Shown piece by piece: positions 10,118-20,599 of a stretch of DNA of 64,000 nucleotides. Under the pieces are notes generated by a model. That model had not been told where the DNA came from, made no database searches, and worked only from the letters and a program-made list of their open reading frames with translations. The stretch comes from Candidatus Zixiibacteriota bacterium (GTDB lineage: Bacteria; UBP14; UBA6098; JBKHBT01), in the NCBI GenBank assembly GCA_046542255.1, contig JBKHBT010000005.1, forward strand, positions 13,593 to 77,592. The letters run 5' to 3'. The position numbers and the translations under genes are program-made. Numbering within the stretch: the stretch's first letter is position 1; each line of letters begins with the position of its first letter.

Positions 10118-12973
10118 TTAGCGAACCAGCGTAATACTTCCCTCGCAAACCACTTCGCCATCTACGAGAATCATATAAAGATACTGCCCGGGCTTTTGCA
10201 TCTGTTTTCCTGTCGATAATCCATCCCAGGTGCGGCTTAAGTCGTATTCATTTATCGATGCTGGCACTGTCTTTCGGCAAATCTCAAAGCCTCTGAGATT
10301 ATAGATAACGATTTCAGCATCGTCCAAATCCTGGCCCGGGTATTCGAAATATATCCGGTCATTGTATGCATCGCTATTGGGCGTAAATGGATTGGGTACA
10401 GCAAGGCATGATCTGTCATGTTCCTGTCTGAAATACCAGGCCGAATCGCTGCAATTGGGTGTACAAATATCTGGCGCATCGCAAAGACGCATCGTGCGAA
10501 CCCAAACCGTATCACCGCTTATCAGCCTTAAACCCGATTCGGATAGGTCGATAAAGAAGCTGCCGGAGCTTCCATCGCCAGAGCTTTCGAATCTCATTGC
10601 AGGATGTGATATAGTGAAAACCGAGTCCAAAACAGATATGATTGTCGAATCAGCAAGTATCGGCGTTGTATCGTCTTCTACTTCAATCTCAATCTCTGGC
10701 TGTTGATGGCGAACTATCTGATCGACCGCTGGATATGCCATGAAAGCACCTGGAGGCATAAGATCGACAATAAAGCTATAAACAAGAGGTGAAGAAAGAG
10801 GATTATCCAGGCTGTCCTGAGCATTAACAAGGTCAACTTCGACAATTTGCCCATGAGTAAACATGGTAGAAGGCTCGAAAATTAGGGTGTCGCCGCTATA
10901 CGAAAGCTCAGGAGCAAAAATATCATATTCACTGCCAGCTACTGATAAAATAATACTATTCCAATTAATGCCATCAACATCTTCAATTATAATTCTAATC
11001 TCCTGATCATCGCAACTCGTATGCTCATCGCGATATGGCAGAATTTCATACGCTTCTGGGCCGCCGCTTGCAATCGAGAAAACCCAGCATGTATCACCAA
11101 GGTTCGGCGAGCAAAGATCCGGCGTATCGAAAGAATGGATGCAAACCTCGATATTATTTCCGCCAGAAAAATGAAGCCCGGCAAGTTCAGAATCAAAAAT
11201 AAAACTATCACCGCTGAATGTAAATAATGAAGATGTCGAATCCATTCGGATTTCTATCGTATCTTCGAAAATTATCGCAAAAGAATCCGGCAGTACAGAG
11301 CTAATCGAATCATCGATAGTACATGAAATCATAGGATGTGTAGTTGATACTATTTCGCCGGGAGCTGGCATGAGATTTTCATAAATAGGGCCTTCCAGAT
11401 CGATGAGGATATCGAAGCAATGTGGCAAATCAGTCGGTTCATTTTCCCATATATCATAAACGGATTCGATACAGATTTCATTAAGGCCGTGTTGCCATGC
11501 GAAATCTGGCGTAAAATATAGTGTGTCGTCCATAAAGCTCATCTGCGATGGATATGAATAGCTATTTCCGCCGGCAGAGACATCGATCGACATGGTATCG
11601 ATCTCGATATTGTCAGTAAGGCTAATCGCGACAGTCTGGTCATCGCAACTGGATATTATGGTATCATCCGGGAAGTGATGGCCTATTTCTGGCCTGATTG
11701 AATCACCGGTTATGAATGTCCAGCAAATCAAAGAATCATTGGATGTGCAAAGATAAATATCATCGTAAGCACTAATACAAACTTCGACAGAATCTCCCGG
11801 CCTAAGTGGCAATCCGATATCTTCCAAATCGACTCTGGCATAAGTGCCATCCCAATCGACTCTCGAATCCGAAAGGTAGAAATTGAAATAATTGATTTTG
11901 ACATTAGTTTGCTCGACATCGACGTCATGCCAAGTATCTACTATTCTGCAACTTACAGTCGGAGTGAAGTTGTAAATGGTGTCGCCTGCCGCAGGAGAAA
12001 ACTCAGACACAATAGGTGCCGTGAGATCGGTAATAAAGCTCCAGCAAGTATCCTCTACACGAGTATTTCCAACAATATCTTCGACATGAGTTAGGCAAAA
12101 TTCATGCATCTCGCCATCCAGCCACGCACCAGAAGGGTCATAGGTTAGTTCTCCACCTGCAAAGCTAACTCCCGGATATCCATATTCATATGGAACATCG
12201 TCTATAGTGAATTCGATAGACGGGGCATAAACGCCTTCTTCGTCTTCGAGTAGTATCGTAGCTGTTTCATTCATGCAGAGTTGTGTAGGCTCTGGAGGTT
12301 CGCATTCTGAGTAGTATAAGCTATCATATTCGAGATAGAAGCTATCGATTGCAGCATCGATTGTCTCGTGGCTCCCCTGATTTTGCACATGCATGGCCAG
12401 CCATGTTTTCTCCATGTGCATCTCGACAGAATCGATAATTGTCCAGCCACCCCAGAAAGATTCATAGTAATAGAAATGCCACCAATCACCGCTGTGCACC
12501 ATTCTGAGATAGCCTTCTCTCTCTGACGTTGTCCGTGAATCGAGGATTGTCCATACAGTATCGGCAGCTGTTGTGTCTATACTTTCGGCGCGATATGTGA
12601 ATCTTCCATGATGCGCCGCCCAGCTAACTGACAGCCTTTGCCGAACGCAGTCATTATTTGCCATTAGCATAAGAGGCGTGATATCGCCATCGCCAATATC
12701 GACTATATCGAATTTGATATATGCTTCGAAATCACCAATTATACACATCTTCATTCTTTTGGTAACGCTGCAAACACGAAGTCCTCCGCAACCGCCGGCA
12801 TTGACACGCATTCGGCATACGCCGCCAAATTCTGCGATATTTGTTCCTGGTGAAGATTGAATCGACCAGAAAGATGAATCTATTATTCCATCGTCAAAAT
12901 CATCTATAAAAACATCACCAAAAACAAAGCTTACAAAAACAGTAAATACCAAAATCAAATATTTATTTCTCAT
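10118..12973 (-). CDS. Secreted repeat protein with gliding-motility-associated (type B / CHU_C-like) C-terminal domain
   Basis: Signal peptide; repeated ~110-aa Ig-like units; C-terminal AVPNPFTPNSDAYND...IYNLRG...WDG...PGQYLYMI...GSITLVR. Confidence 0.8.
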   Translation of the reverse strand: MRNKYLILVFTVFVSFVFGDVFIDDFDDGIIDSSFWSIQSSPGTNIAEFGGVCRMRVNAGGCGGLRVCSVTKRMKMCIIGDFEAYIKFDIVDIGDGDITPLMLMANNDCVRQRLSVSWAAHHGRFTYRAESIDTTAADTVWTILDSRTTSEREGYLRMVHSGDWWHFYYYESFWGGWTIIDSVEMHMEKTWLAMHVQNQGSHETIDAAIDSFYLEYDSLYYSECEPPEPTQLCMNETATILLEDEEGVYAPSIEFTIDDVPYEYGYPGVSFAGGELTYDPSGAWLDGEMHEFCLTHVEDIVGNTRVEDTCWSFITDLTAPIVSEFSPAAGDTIYNFTPTVSCRIVDTWHDVDVEQTNVKINYFNFYLSDSRVDWDGTYARVDLEDIGLPLRPGDSVEVCISAYDDIYLCTSNDSLICWTFITGDSIRPEIGHHFPDDTIISSCDDQTVAISLTDNIEIDTMSIDVSAGGNSYSYPSQMSFMDDTLYFTPDFAWQHGLNEICIESVYDIWENEPTDLPHCFDILIDLEGPIYENLMPAPGEIVSTTHPMISCTIDDSISSVLPDSFAIIFEDTIEIRMDSTSSLFTFSGDSFIFDSELAGLHFSGGNNIEVCIHSFDTPDLCSPNLGDTCWVFSIASGGPEAYEILPYRDEHTSCDDQEIRIIIEDVDGINWNSIILSVAGSEYDIFAPELSYSGDTLIFEPSTMFTHGQIVEVDLVNAQDSLDNPLSSPLVYSFIVDLMPPGAFMAYPAVDQIVRHQQPEIEIEVEDDTTPILADSTIISVLDSVFTISHPAMRFESSGDGSSGSFFIDLSESGLRLISGDTVWVRTMRLCDAPDICTPNCSDSAWYFRQEHDRSCLAVPNPFTPNSDAYNDRIYFEYPGQDLDDAEIVIYNLRGFEICRKTVPASINEYDLSRTWDGLSTGKQMQKPGQYLYMILVDGEVVCEGSITLVR

Positions 12974-13101
12974 ATATTTCCCCCTTTATTATTCTTTAAT
13001 AATACAAATTAAATAGTTTATTAACAAGCATTTTCTATTTTTGTAAATGCTTTAAATCAAAATATTCCCTAAAGTATCAGAAATTTAAAGGTTTTTTGAA
13101 A

Positions 13102-15129
13102 TTACTTGATATAAGTAATTTTATGATACCTTTTCTGGCTATTATTATCAACCTCGATGATGTAAATTCCCGATTCAGCGCAATTTTCTAATTTCCAGGT
13201 AAAAGAGCCAGTATCATTTCTTTGATGAACCAGTTTGCCCGATGTATCGAAAATCCTGATATCGCTATTCGCGGGAATAGAGATAAAAGTTGAGCCATTG
13301 AAAGGATTCGGGAAGCTTGCAATTTCTAAATTCTCTGGTATTGGATTCCCCTCTGTTATCGCTTCCGGGTCGCGAATTCTAAAAGGAGAGTCATTCATAT
13401 CATAGATATGGTCATTAGCGCAGGATGTGATCTTTATAAATGAATTCGGCCTGTCTCCGCTATATACGGGTAATTCCCATCTTACGTAATTTGCGGTTAA
13501 GGAGTCTGCTATAAGGTTCCATGGCCCTTCTCGGCCGGTTGTTGAGAACTCGACTCTTACCATATCGATATATGGCTCACCGCCCTTGGTGAAATAGATA
13601 GAAACGCTCTCGCCACCGATTAATCTTTCGCCGCCAGTTGGATGAATCGTTTGGATAAAAGGACGCTCCGGCCCGGGCATTCTTTGGTAATAAAGATGAT
13701 AATTGCTATCCCAAACCGAATCAGCAGCACTAATCTCGGCATAATAAAGCCCATCTTCAGGAGGCTCGAACTGAATCTTGAAATTCCAAAGAGCCGCTCC
13801 AGTATCCGATACTGCTATCGATTCGCCATCTTCATTAAAAATTTCTACTCGAGTGTCGCGAGGCCCGCGAGTATAGAGCATATAAAGAGAATCGTAATCC
13901 GCATAAAATTTGTACATGTCGGTATCTGAAGATGATTCGATGCTGTTTAGGTATTCCTGTGATACATTGCTAAAATGAAGCAAAACCGCACCTGAAACAG
14001 TCGATGGCACATCCATTTTGGCAGGAGCAGTAATATTCAGGACGGTCCTTGTGATCCATCGATAGCCTTCGGGAAGTGATCCACCTGTGAGATTATACCA
14101 TCCATTTTCATAGCCACCCCATCCCATATTAAGATGGAAAAATCCATCTTCTCGCCAGCCATCATTCACAATAGAGTGGCCGCCCTCTTCCATACTCATC
14201 ATAGACATCTGAATAGGTTTGCCCTTCATGAGCGAAATAGCCATTCTATCCATGAATCGCGATGTCATAGGTGATGCGTCATAGGAGCCATAGAATCCCA
14301 GCCGGTCATTGTATGTATCACCGGAGATGTCTGCTGCTGTGGCGCTGGAAGAATAGGATGCCCTGTTTAAAATGCCTATAGCCAACATGACTCTTGCGAC
14401 CATGTCCATAGTTGGCACAGTGGCATTTGCCCTATTCCATATTATTTCGTCCAGGCTGGCTTCGGGGCCATCGAGATATATTCCCGGCGATGTCCTGCGT
14501 GATGTATAGCTATCATAATGGGTTAGGATAATCTCTTCGGGATGTTGCCAGTATTCGAGTATCATAGCGCAGGCCGTTTGCGTACAGCCAGTAATGCATC
14601 TTTCGCCGGTTTCAGGGTCGATTGGACAATGAGCATTATAAGGCTCGCCCTGGCTCCAATTAGTCTGTATCCAGGGGCCGAATTCCAGATAATCATCCAG
14701 CTCAGAAAGCAAATCGGCATCATTTGATAGATAACGGTTCCAGAGCTGGCGGTTTTCCGAGAGAAGTTCTTTGGGATATTTATCCACAAGGCCGTATTTA
14801 TGATAAAAGTCGGTCTTTATGATACTCTGCATTATATTCTGATCAGAAAATGGACGGTAAACACTTTTTTTAGAAAAGGCAATAATTGGATGGAATCTAT
14901 TGTCCGGCGCTATTGCGATATAGCCAGAAGGCGATAGATGAAAAATCCATGCAGCAGGCCTGCCATCATCCAAAATCAGCTTGAAGCCATTGCCTTTTAT
15001 GGAATAATTGTATTTATCAAAGCTTTTGATATGGAATTTGGCCACTTTTTCAGCACTGTCGTAATCGATATATTCAGCAAAGGCAAAACTTGCCAGTATC
15101 AAGATTGCTATTAGTAAATATTTTTTCAT
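13102..15129 (-). CDS. C10 family (streptopain-like) cysteine peptidase with T9SS type A-like C-terminal domain
   Basis: Signal peptide, Spi-like prodomain (GYIAIAPDNRFHPIIAFS), WSQGEPYNAHCP, TGCTQTA (catalytic Cys), GGHSIVNDG (His), FHLNMGWGG; C-terminal FPNPFN...SGIYII...KITYIK. Confidence 0.88.
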   Translation of the reverse strand: MKKYLLIAILILASFAFAEYIDYDSAEKVAKFHIKSFDKYNYSIKGNGFKLILDDGRPAAWIFHLSPSGYIAIAPDNRFHPIIAFSKKSVYRPFSDQNIMQSIIKTDFYHKYGLVDKYPKELLSENRQLWNRYLSNDADLLSELDDYLEFGPWIQTNWSQGEPYNAHCPIDPETGERCITGCTQTACAMILEYWQHPEEIILTHYDSYTSRRTSPGIYLDGPEASLDEIIWNRANATVPTMDMVARVMLAIGILNRASYSSSATAADISGDTYNDRLGFYGSYDASPMTSRFMDRMAISLMKGKPIQMSMMSMEEGGHSIVNDGWREDGFFHLNMGWGGYENGWYNLTGGSLPEGYRWITRTVLNITAPAKMDVPSTVSGAVLLHFSNVSQEYLNSIESSSDTDMYKFYADYDSLYMLYTRGPRDTRVEIFNEDGESIAVSDTGAALWNFKIQFEPPEDGLYYAEISAADSVWDSNYHLYYQRMPGPERPFIQTIHPTGGERLIGGESVSIYFTKGGEPYIDMVRVEFSTTGREGPWNLIADSLTANYVRWELPVYSGDRPNSFIKITSCANDHIYDMNDSPFRIRDPEAITEGNPIPENLEIASFPNPFNGSTFISIPANSDIRIFDTSGKLVHQRNDTGSFTWKLENCAESGIYIIEVDNNSQKRYHKITYIK

Positions 15130-15282
15130 ATCCCCGTCCTTATAGGTTTATTGTCGATTTACGTTTCATATAAACATAGCTCTCTATTTACAATATATGA
15201 AAATTCCATAAAAAAAGAAAGAATCCATTTATTTTTTCGAAATTGTTTAATTTCTTTGAAGCACTAGAAAATTTGCTACAGC

Positions 15283-16062
15283 TTACATCGGTTTATGATT
15301 GGGTGTAATAAAGAAATTCCAATGATTGTCGATTCTTTTTCGCATCATGGTTTGCTGGAATTTATGCGCCATTTTGAATGCCCTATCGGGCGGCAGGCCT
15401 TCTGCCAAAAATGATGCCATCGCAGTCGAGAAAACGCAGCCGGTGCCGTGGAAATCGCCGGGAAGCCTTCTGCTTCTAAGCTGCACAAAATGGCCGAGAT
15501 AATACAATACATCGACAGGGTCGCCATCTAAATGGCCGCCTTTTATAATGACTGCGGGGATATCAAATTCTTTTGAAATATATTCTGCAGTTTTTTGCAT
15601 ATCCTTTGGCGTAACGATAATCTTCCCGGATATCTTCTCGGCCTCGGATATATTTGGAGTTATTGCGAATATCTTCGGGAATAGCCTCTCTTTCATTGTC
15701 TTATAGGCTTTGGGAGTTGTCAATTCAAAATCTGTCGATGAGCGAATCAGTGGGTCTAAGACAATATTGGGAAGGCCGTATTTTATCAAAGTATCGACCA
15801 GGGCATCCACCATGCGAAACTGGCCGATCATACCGATTTTTACAGCATCGATAGTATGCTCTTCGACAATGGCGCTAATCTGGTCTTTGACAACTTCAGG
15901 TGAATTATGATAGTTCTTATAGAAATGTTCGGCATTTTGTACGGTATTATTTGTTATCACGCCTACTGGACGTAGACCGATTCTGGATGCAACCTGCAAA
16001 TCCGTAATAAAACCAGCACCAGCCGAAGGGTCGAGGCCGGATATGATCAGGATATTTTTCAA
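15283..16062 (-). CDS. thiD: Hydroxymethylpyrimidine/phosphomethylpyrimidine kinase
   Basis: ISGLDPSAGAGFITDL, AVKIGM, VLDP, ITPNISEA, IKGGH, HGTGCVFSTA. Confidence 0.85.
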   Translation of the reverse strand: MKNILIISGLDPSAGAGFITDLQVASRIGLRPVGVITNNTVQNAEHFYKNYHNSPEVVKDQISAIVEEHTIDAVKIGMIGQFRMVDALVDTLIKYGLPNIVLDPLIRSSTDFELTTPKAYKTMKERLFPKIFAITPNISEAEKISGKIIVTPKDMQKTAEYISKEFDIPAVIIKGGHLDGDPVDVLYYLGHFVQLRSRRLPGDFHGTGCVFSTAMASFLAEGLPPDRAFKMAHKFQQTMMRKRIDNHWNFFITPNHKPM

Positions 16063-17444
16063 GTATCGCTCTCTGTTTCTTTAAGGACGAGCCTTGTAAC
16101 CGTCTCGACATGATAAGTATGCGGAAACATATCGACTGCACGAACCTTTTCAAGGCGATACATATCAGATATATAATTAATATCACGCGATAAGCTAACA
16201 GGATTGCATGAAACATATACAATCTCTGGCGGGGCTTCGCGCATTATGGCACGCAAAGCCTTCTTGCCGATACCACTTCTCGGTGGATCGAAAACAAGCA
16301 CATCAGGATTGGAGATTTCTCTGAGCTGGTGAAGGCCTTTACGAAGCGTATTAGCAATATACATGACATCCTTAATGCCATTTCTTTTGGCATTTGCCAT
16401 AGCATCTTCGACAGCCTCTTCTACAATCTCGATTCCATAGATTAGCTCGAATTTATGAGCCAGTGGAAGCGATAATGTCCCGATACCCGAGAAAAGGTCC
16501 CAAAGTGTTTTACCGGGATTGGTAAAACGGTCAACCTGCTTCACAAGAAGCGGTGTCGCATAAATATTTGTCTGGAAAAAACTCACCGGTGATACACGAA
16601 ATGTAACATCACCAGCATCCTGCTCGAGATAATCTATGCCATAGAGAGTTTCCATATCCCCGGTTGCAGTTCCGCCTGAGCCTTCATTGATAAATACTCC
16701 GGCGCCTTTCATTGTAGAAAATTTCGCAGACAGATTCTGAAAAATCGGCTCGAATATCATTTTGGAATCTCGATCGTTTATAGTGATATAGGCAAGAAAT
16801 TCATCTTTTGTATTGAAGCGGAGAGTCAAATAGCGAAGGTCGCCTGATTTGGTATGGGCATCATAGGCCGTTAATCCGGTTTGGGCGATCTCTTCGAGAA
16901 GGCCGCGCATAAAATCATTGGAAAGTTCAGGTAAAAGCAAGCAATCATCAGCTTTTATGACACTGGCAAAGTCGCCGGGCTTTCTAAGGCCGAGAATAAC
17001 ATTGCCTTTATCACCTGTTCCGAATGCAAATTCCATTTTGTTTCGATGGCGGAATTTTCTTGGCGAAGGTACGATTGTTTCAAAATCGACAGTGGATAGG
17101 TCGATTTCGCCGATTCTTTCAAGAGCATCTTTGATAAGCTCCTCTTTGAAATCCAACCTTGTTTGATATTCAATATCCAGGAAACGGCAGCCGCCACATA
17201 TTCCAAAGTGAGGGCATTCCGGTTCTTTTCTTTTGGGATGTTTTTCGCCGATTATCTCGAGTGTTTTGGCTTCCAGATAGCTTTTCTTCTTTTTATAGAC
17301 TTCGACTTTTGCTTTTTCGCCAGGATATGCGCCATTTACAAAAACAATAATCCCATCCTCGCTTCTTCCCAATCCAAGGCCTTCCGGAACCATCTTCTCT
17401 ACTTTAACCTCTAAAATATCGCCTTTTCTTATAGTTTTGCCCAT
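16059..17444 (-). CDS. rlmD: 23S rRNA (uracil-5)-methyltransferase RlmD/RumA
   Basis: TRAM domain, CPHFGICGGC Fe-S motif, SFFQTN, DLFSGIG, DPPRSG, YVSCNP, DMFPHTYHVE. Confidence 0.93.
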   Translation of the reverse strand: MGKTIRKGDILEVKVEKMVPEGLGLGRSEDGIIVFVNGAYPGEKAKVEVYKKKKSYLEAKTLEIIGEKHPKRKEPECPHFGICGGCRFLDIEYQTRLDFKEELIKDALERIGEIDLSTVDFETIVPSPRKFRHRNKMEFAFGTGDKGNVILGLRKPGDFASVIKADDCLLLPELSNDFMRGLLEEIAQTGLTAYDAHTKSGDLRYLTLRFNTKDEFLAYITINDRDSKMIFEPIFQNLSAKFSTMKGAGVFINEGSGGTATGDMETLYGIDYLEQDAGDVTFRVSPVSFFQTNIYATPLLVKQVDRFTNPGKTLWDLFSGIGTLSLPLAHKFELIYGIEIVEEAVEDAMANAKRNGIKDVMYIANTLRKGLHQLREISNPDVLVFDPPRSGIGKKALRAIMREAPPEIVYVSCNPVSLSRDINYISDMYRLEKVRAVDMFPHTYHVETVTRLVLKETESDT

Positions 17445-17496
17445 AGACTCCCTAATTTATTTAATAAAATTGGCTACTTCATTGTTTTGATAAAAT

Positions 17497-18228
17497 CTAT
17501 TTGCTCTTTTTTTCCCAGGCTGCCACTGTTCTGATTGTTTCATAATATGCATCGATGGAACCGCCGGCATCTGCCCAAAAGCCCGAAAGAACTGAATATT
17601 TTAGATTGCCTTCTTTGAGATAGGCATTATTAACATCGGTGATTTCCATTTCGCCTCGGTCAGATGGCTTCAAGGACTTGATCTTGTCGAAGACGGTATT
17701 GTCATAGAGGTATATGCCTACAACAGCATAATTGCTTGGCGGTATCTTCGGTTTTTCAATAATTTCAACGACCTCATCATCCTTGAATTTTGCGACTCCA
17801 TAGTCAGTAGGATCTTCGACCTCTTTCAATAATATGCGGCCGCCAGAGTCCTGCTTTTCAAAATCTTGAACAGCCTTTTTCAGATTGGTCTCGACAATAT
17901 TATCACCGAGATAAACCACCACTTTATCATCATCGACAAAATGTTCGCAAAGCCCAAGAGCTTCGGCAATTCCGCCTTCGCCACTCTGATATGTATAGTT
18001 TATATGCTTCAGGCCAAATTCTGCTCCATTTCCAAGAAGCCGCAGGAATTCTCCAGCATGATTTCCGCCGCAAACTATCATAATATCATCTACTCCAGCC
18101 TCAACAAGTGCCTGAATAGGGAAATAGATCATCGGTTTATTGTAAACGGGCAGAAGATGTTTATTGGTAATATTTGTCAAAGGCCTGAGCCTCGTACCAA
18201 GTCCACCTGCCAGTACTACGCCTTTCAT
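17497..18228 (-). CDS. Glucose-1-phosphate thymidylyltransferase-like nucleotidyltransferase (RfbA/SpsI type)
   Basis: GVVLAGGLGTRLRPLT, NKHLLPVYNKPMIY, LGDN, EKP, RGEMEITDVN. Confidence 0.9.
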   Translation of the reverse strand: MKGVVLAGGLGTRLRPLTNITNKHLLPVYNKPMIYFPIQALVEAGVDDIMIVCGGNHAGEFLRLLGNGAEFGLKHINYTYQSGEGGIAEALGLCEHFVDDDKVVVYLGDNIVETNLKKAVQDFEKQDSGGRILLKEVEDPTDYGVAKFKDDEVVEIIEKPKIPPSNYAVVGIYLYDNTVFDKIKSLKPSDRGEMEITDVNNAYLKEGNLKYSVLSGFWADAGGSIDAYYETIRTVAAWEKKSK

Positions 18229-18251
18229 TTAGTCTCCTTTATTAATAATTA

Positions 18252-20579
18252 TTATTCATTATTTCTTTTTTTGATATCGAAGATCTCTTCTAAAACCCTA
18301 TCAGCCGATTTGCATAGCCTGATATCGAGGCCTTTTTTGATTTTTTCATCGACTTCTTCGAGGTTTTCGCTATTGGCATATGGCAAATAGACTCTTGTAG
18401 CCTCGTACATTTTCGCAGCTATAAGCTTTTCGGGCAAACCACCGACAGGGAGTATTCTTCCCGAAAGCGTAATTTCTCCGGTTATCGATGTATTTCTCGG
18501 AAAGATTTTGCCAGAAAATGCGCTGAATATAGCCATTGCAAGAGTAACGCCAGCCGAAGGCCCATCTTTGGGAACGGCTCCGCCTGGTATATGGATATGC
18601 ACATTATTCTCTGAAAATTTTTCATTATCGATATCCAATTCAACGGCGCGAGATTTTATGAAGCTGAACGCAGCTTTAGCACTCTCCTGCATCACATCGC
18701 CCAATTGTCCGGTCAGCGTGAGTTTGCCACTTCCCGGCGATAGAGCGGTTTCGACCAGTATAGCATCGCCGCCGGATGGCGTCCATGCCAGGCCGATAGA
18801 TGCGCCTGGTGCGAGTTTTTCGGGGATAGCATCTCTTGTGCTTTTGGCGACTCCGAGTATATCGCGAAGCATTTTTTCGGATATGCGCTTGAATGGTGCT
18901 TTGCCTTTCTTTATCTTGTTATAGACGTATTCACGCATGATCTTCTTTAGCTCACGCTCCAATTGACGAACTCCAGCCTCGCGTGTATATTCCTGTATGA
19001 TTTTACGAATTATTGGAGATGTAAACTGAATATCGTCTGGTTTTATGCCGTGCTCTTTGGCAGCTTTCTTAATGAGAAAGCCCTGTGTAATTTTCTCTTT
19101 TTCGATTTCGGTATAGCCAGGAATCCGAAGCATTTCCATTCTATCCATGAGTGGTTCGGGAATGCCATAGGTTGTATTGGCAGTGGTAACAAAAAGTACT
19201 TGAGACAGGTCATATTCGATTTCCATATAATTGTCCATGAATGTATTATTCTGTTCCGGGTCGAGAACTTCGAGAAGTGCGCTGGCTGGGTCTCCATGGA
19301 TAGATTTTCCAAGCTTATCGACCTCATCGAGCAGGAAAATCGGATTGACCGTGCCAGCCTTTTTCATCGACTGGATTATCTTGCCGGGTAGAGCGCCAAT
19401 ATATGTCCGCCTATGGCCGCGAATTTCCGATTCATCATCGATGCCGCCAAGAGAGATGCGGACAAATTTCCTGCCCATAGCTCTTGCAATGCTTTTACCC
19501 AGAGATGTCTTACCGACTCCCGGAGGCCCGACAAGACAAAGGATAGGCCCACGAATTACGCCCGTATGTTGAACAAGGGCGATGTGTTCTAAGATTCGCT
19601 TCTTTACATCGACAAGATTGTAATGGTCTTCATCGAGAATCTTTTTTGCCTTTTCGATATCTGTTTGGTCTTTTGATTTTTTGCTCCATGGAATATCGAG
19701 AATCCATTCGATATATGTCCTTGCAACGCTGGCTTCTGCTGATACTGGATGCATCTTGGAAAGCCTTTTTATTTGCCTTTCAACGACCTCGACAGCGGTT
19801 TTTGGAAGCTTCTTTTTCTTAAGCTTCGCACGATATTCATTGACCTCTTGCTGAAACTCGCTTTTGTCACCAAGTTCTTCTTGGAGGGCTTGCATTTTCT
19901 GCCTGAGCAGGAATTGTTTTTGATTATCTGCGATTTTATCCTGAACCTTATCCTCAATTTCATTGGAATATTTCTGTACTTCCAGCTCTACCATAAGAAA
20001 CTCGATGGCTTCCTTTAGCATTTCTGCTATTGTGTCCTTTTCGAGAATTTCCTGAATATCATGATAATCGAGATTTACATGTGCGAGAATGAGATTAACA
20101 AGTTCGATAGCCGGAGGCTGCCTGAGCAGAATACCACGGGCTATCTCATCGGGAATAGTATCATCGAGAGCTATGAATTCTTCAAAGGCATCTATAACGC
20201 GCCTATAAAGTGCTTTTTCGGTCTCTGGCTTCGTTGATATAATCGGTGCAATCTCGCATGTTGCTTCAACGAAATTGGGATTTGTCGAAAACCGAATCAC
20301 CTTTCCGCGATCGATTGGGCTTATGACTACCTTGAGAATACCATTTGGCATTCGAATGACCTGCTGAATCTCGCCGATTGTGCCTGTTCTATACAAATTG
20401 GATGCTTCTGCATCGCCTTCGGTAATTTTCTGAGCTACAAGAAAGACTTTATTATTTGTCTCAGACGCATGGTCCACGGCCTTGATAGTCTTATCTCGAC
20501 CAACGATGACGGGCATAGTGCCGCCGGGGAAAAACACAAGATTCCTAAGTGCGATTACGGGTAAGCTTTCTATATTCAA
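18252..20579 (-). CDS. lon: ATP-dependent protease La
   Basis: LON N-domain, GPPGVGKTS, RGHRRTYIGALPG, LLDEVDK, PKDGPSAG (catalytic Ser), VGGLPEK (Lys). Confidence 0.97.
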   Translation of the reverse strand: MNIESLPVIALRNLVFFPGGTMPVIVGRDKTIKAVDHASETNNKVFLVAQKITEGDAEASNLYRTGTIGEIQQVIRMPNGILKVVISPIDRGKVIRFSTNPNFVEATCEIAPIISTKPETEKALYRRVIDAFEEFIALDDTIPDEIARGILLRQPPAIELVNLILAHVNLDYHDIQEILEKDTIAEMLKEAIEFLMVELEVQKYSNEIEDKVQDKIADNQKQFLLRQKMQALQEELGDKSEFQQEVNEYRAKLKKKKLPKTAVEVVERQIKRLSKMHPVSAEASVARTYIEWILDIPWSKKSKDQTDIEKAKKILDEDHYNLVDVKKRILEHIALVQHTGVIRGPILCLVGPPGVGKTSLGKSIARAMGRKFVRISLGGIDDESEIRGHRRTYIGALPGKIIQSMKKAGTVNPIFLLDEVDKLGKSIHGDPASALLEVLDPEQNNTFMDNYMEIEYDLSQVLFVTTANTTYGIPEPLMDRMEMLRIPGYTEIEKEKITQGFLIKKAAKEHGIKPDDIQFTSPIIRKIIQEYTREAGVRQLERELKKIMREYVYNKIKKGKAPFKRISEKMLRDILGVAKSTRDAIPEKLAPGASIGLAWTPSGGDAILVETALSPGSGKLTLTGQLGDVMQESAKAAFSFIKSRAVELDIDNEKFSENNVHIHIPGGAVPKDGPSAGVTLAMAIFSAFSGKIFPRNTSITGEITLSGRILPVGGLPEKLIAAKMYEATRVYLPYANSENLEEVDEKIKKGLDIRLCKSADRVLEEIFDIKKRNNE

Positions 20580-20599
20580 AATATTAACTCCTTGTTAAG

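Noticed and set aside
16062-16200. TPP riboswitch upstream of thiD
   Set aside because: thiD overlaps the rlmD stop (ATGA), so there is no leader and no riboswitch motif.
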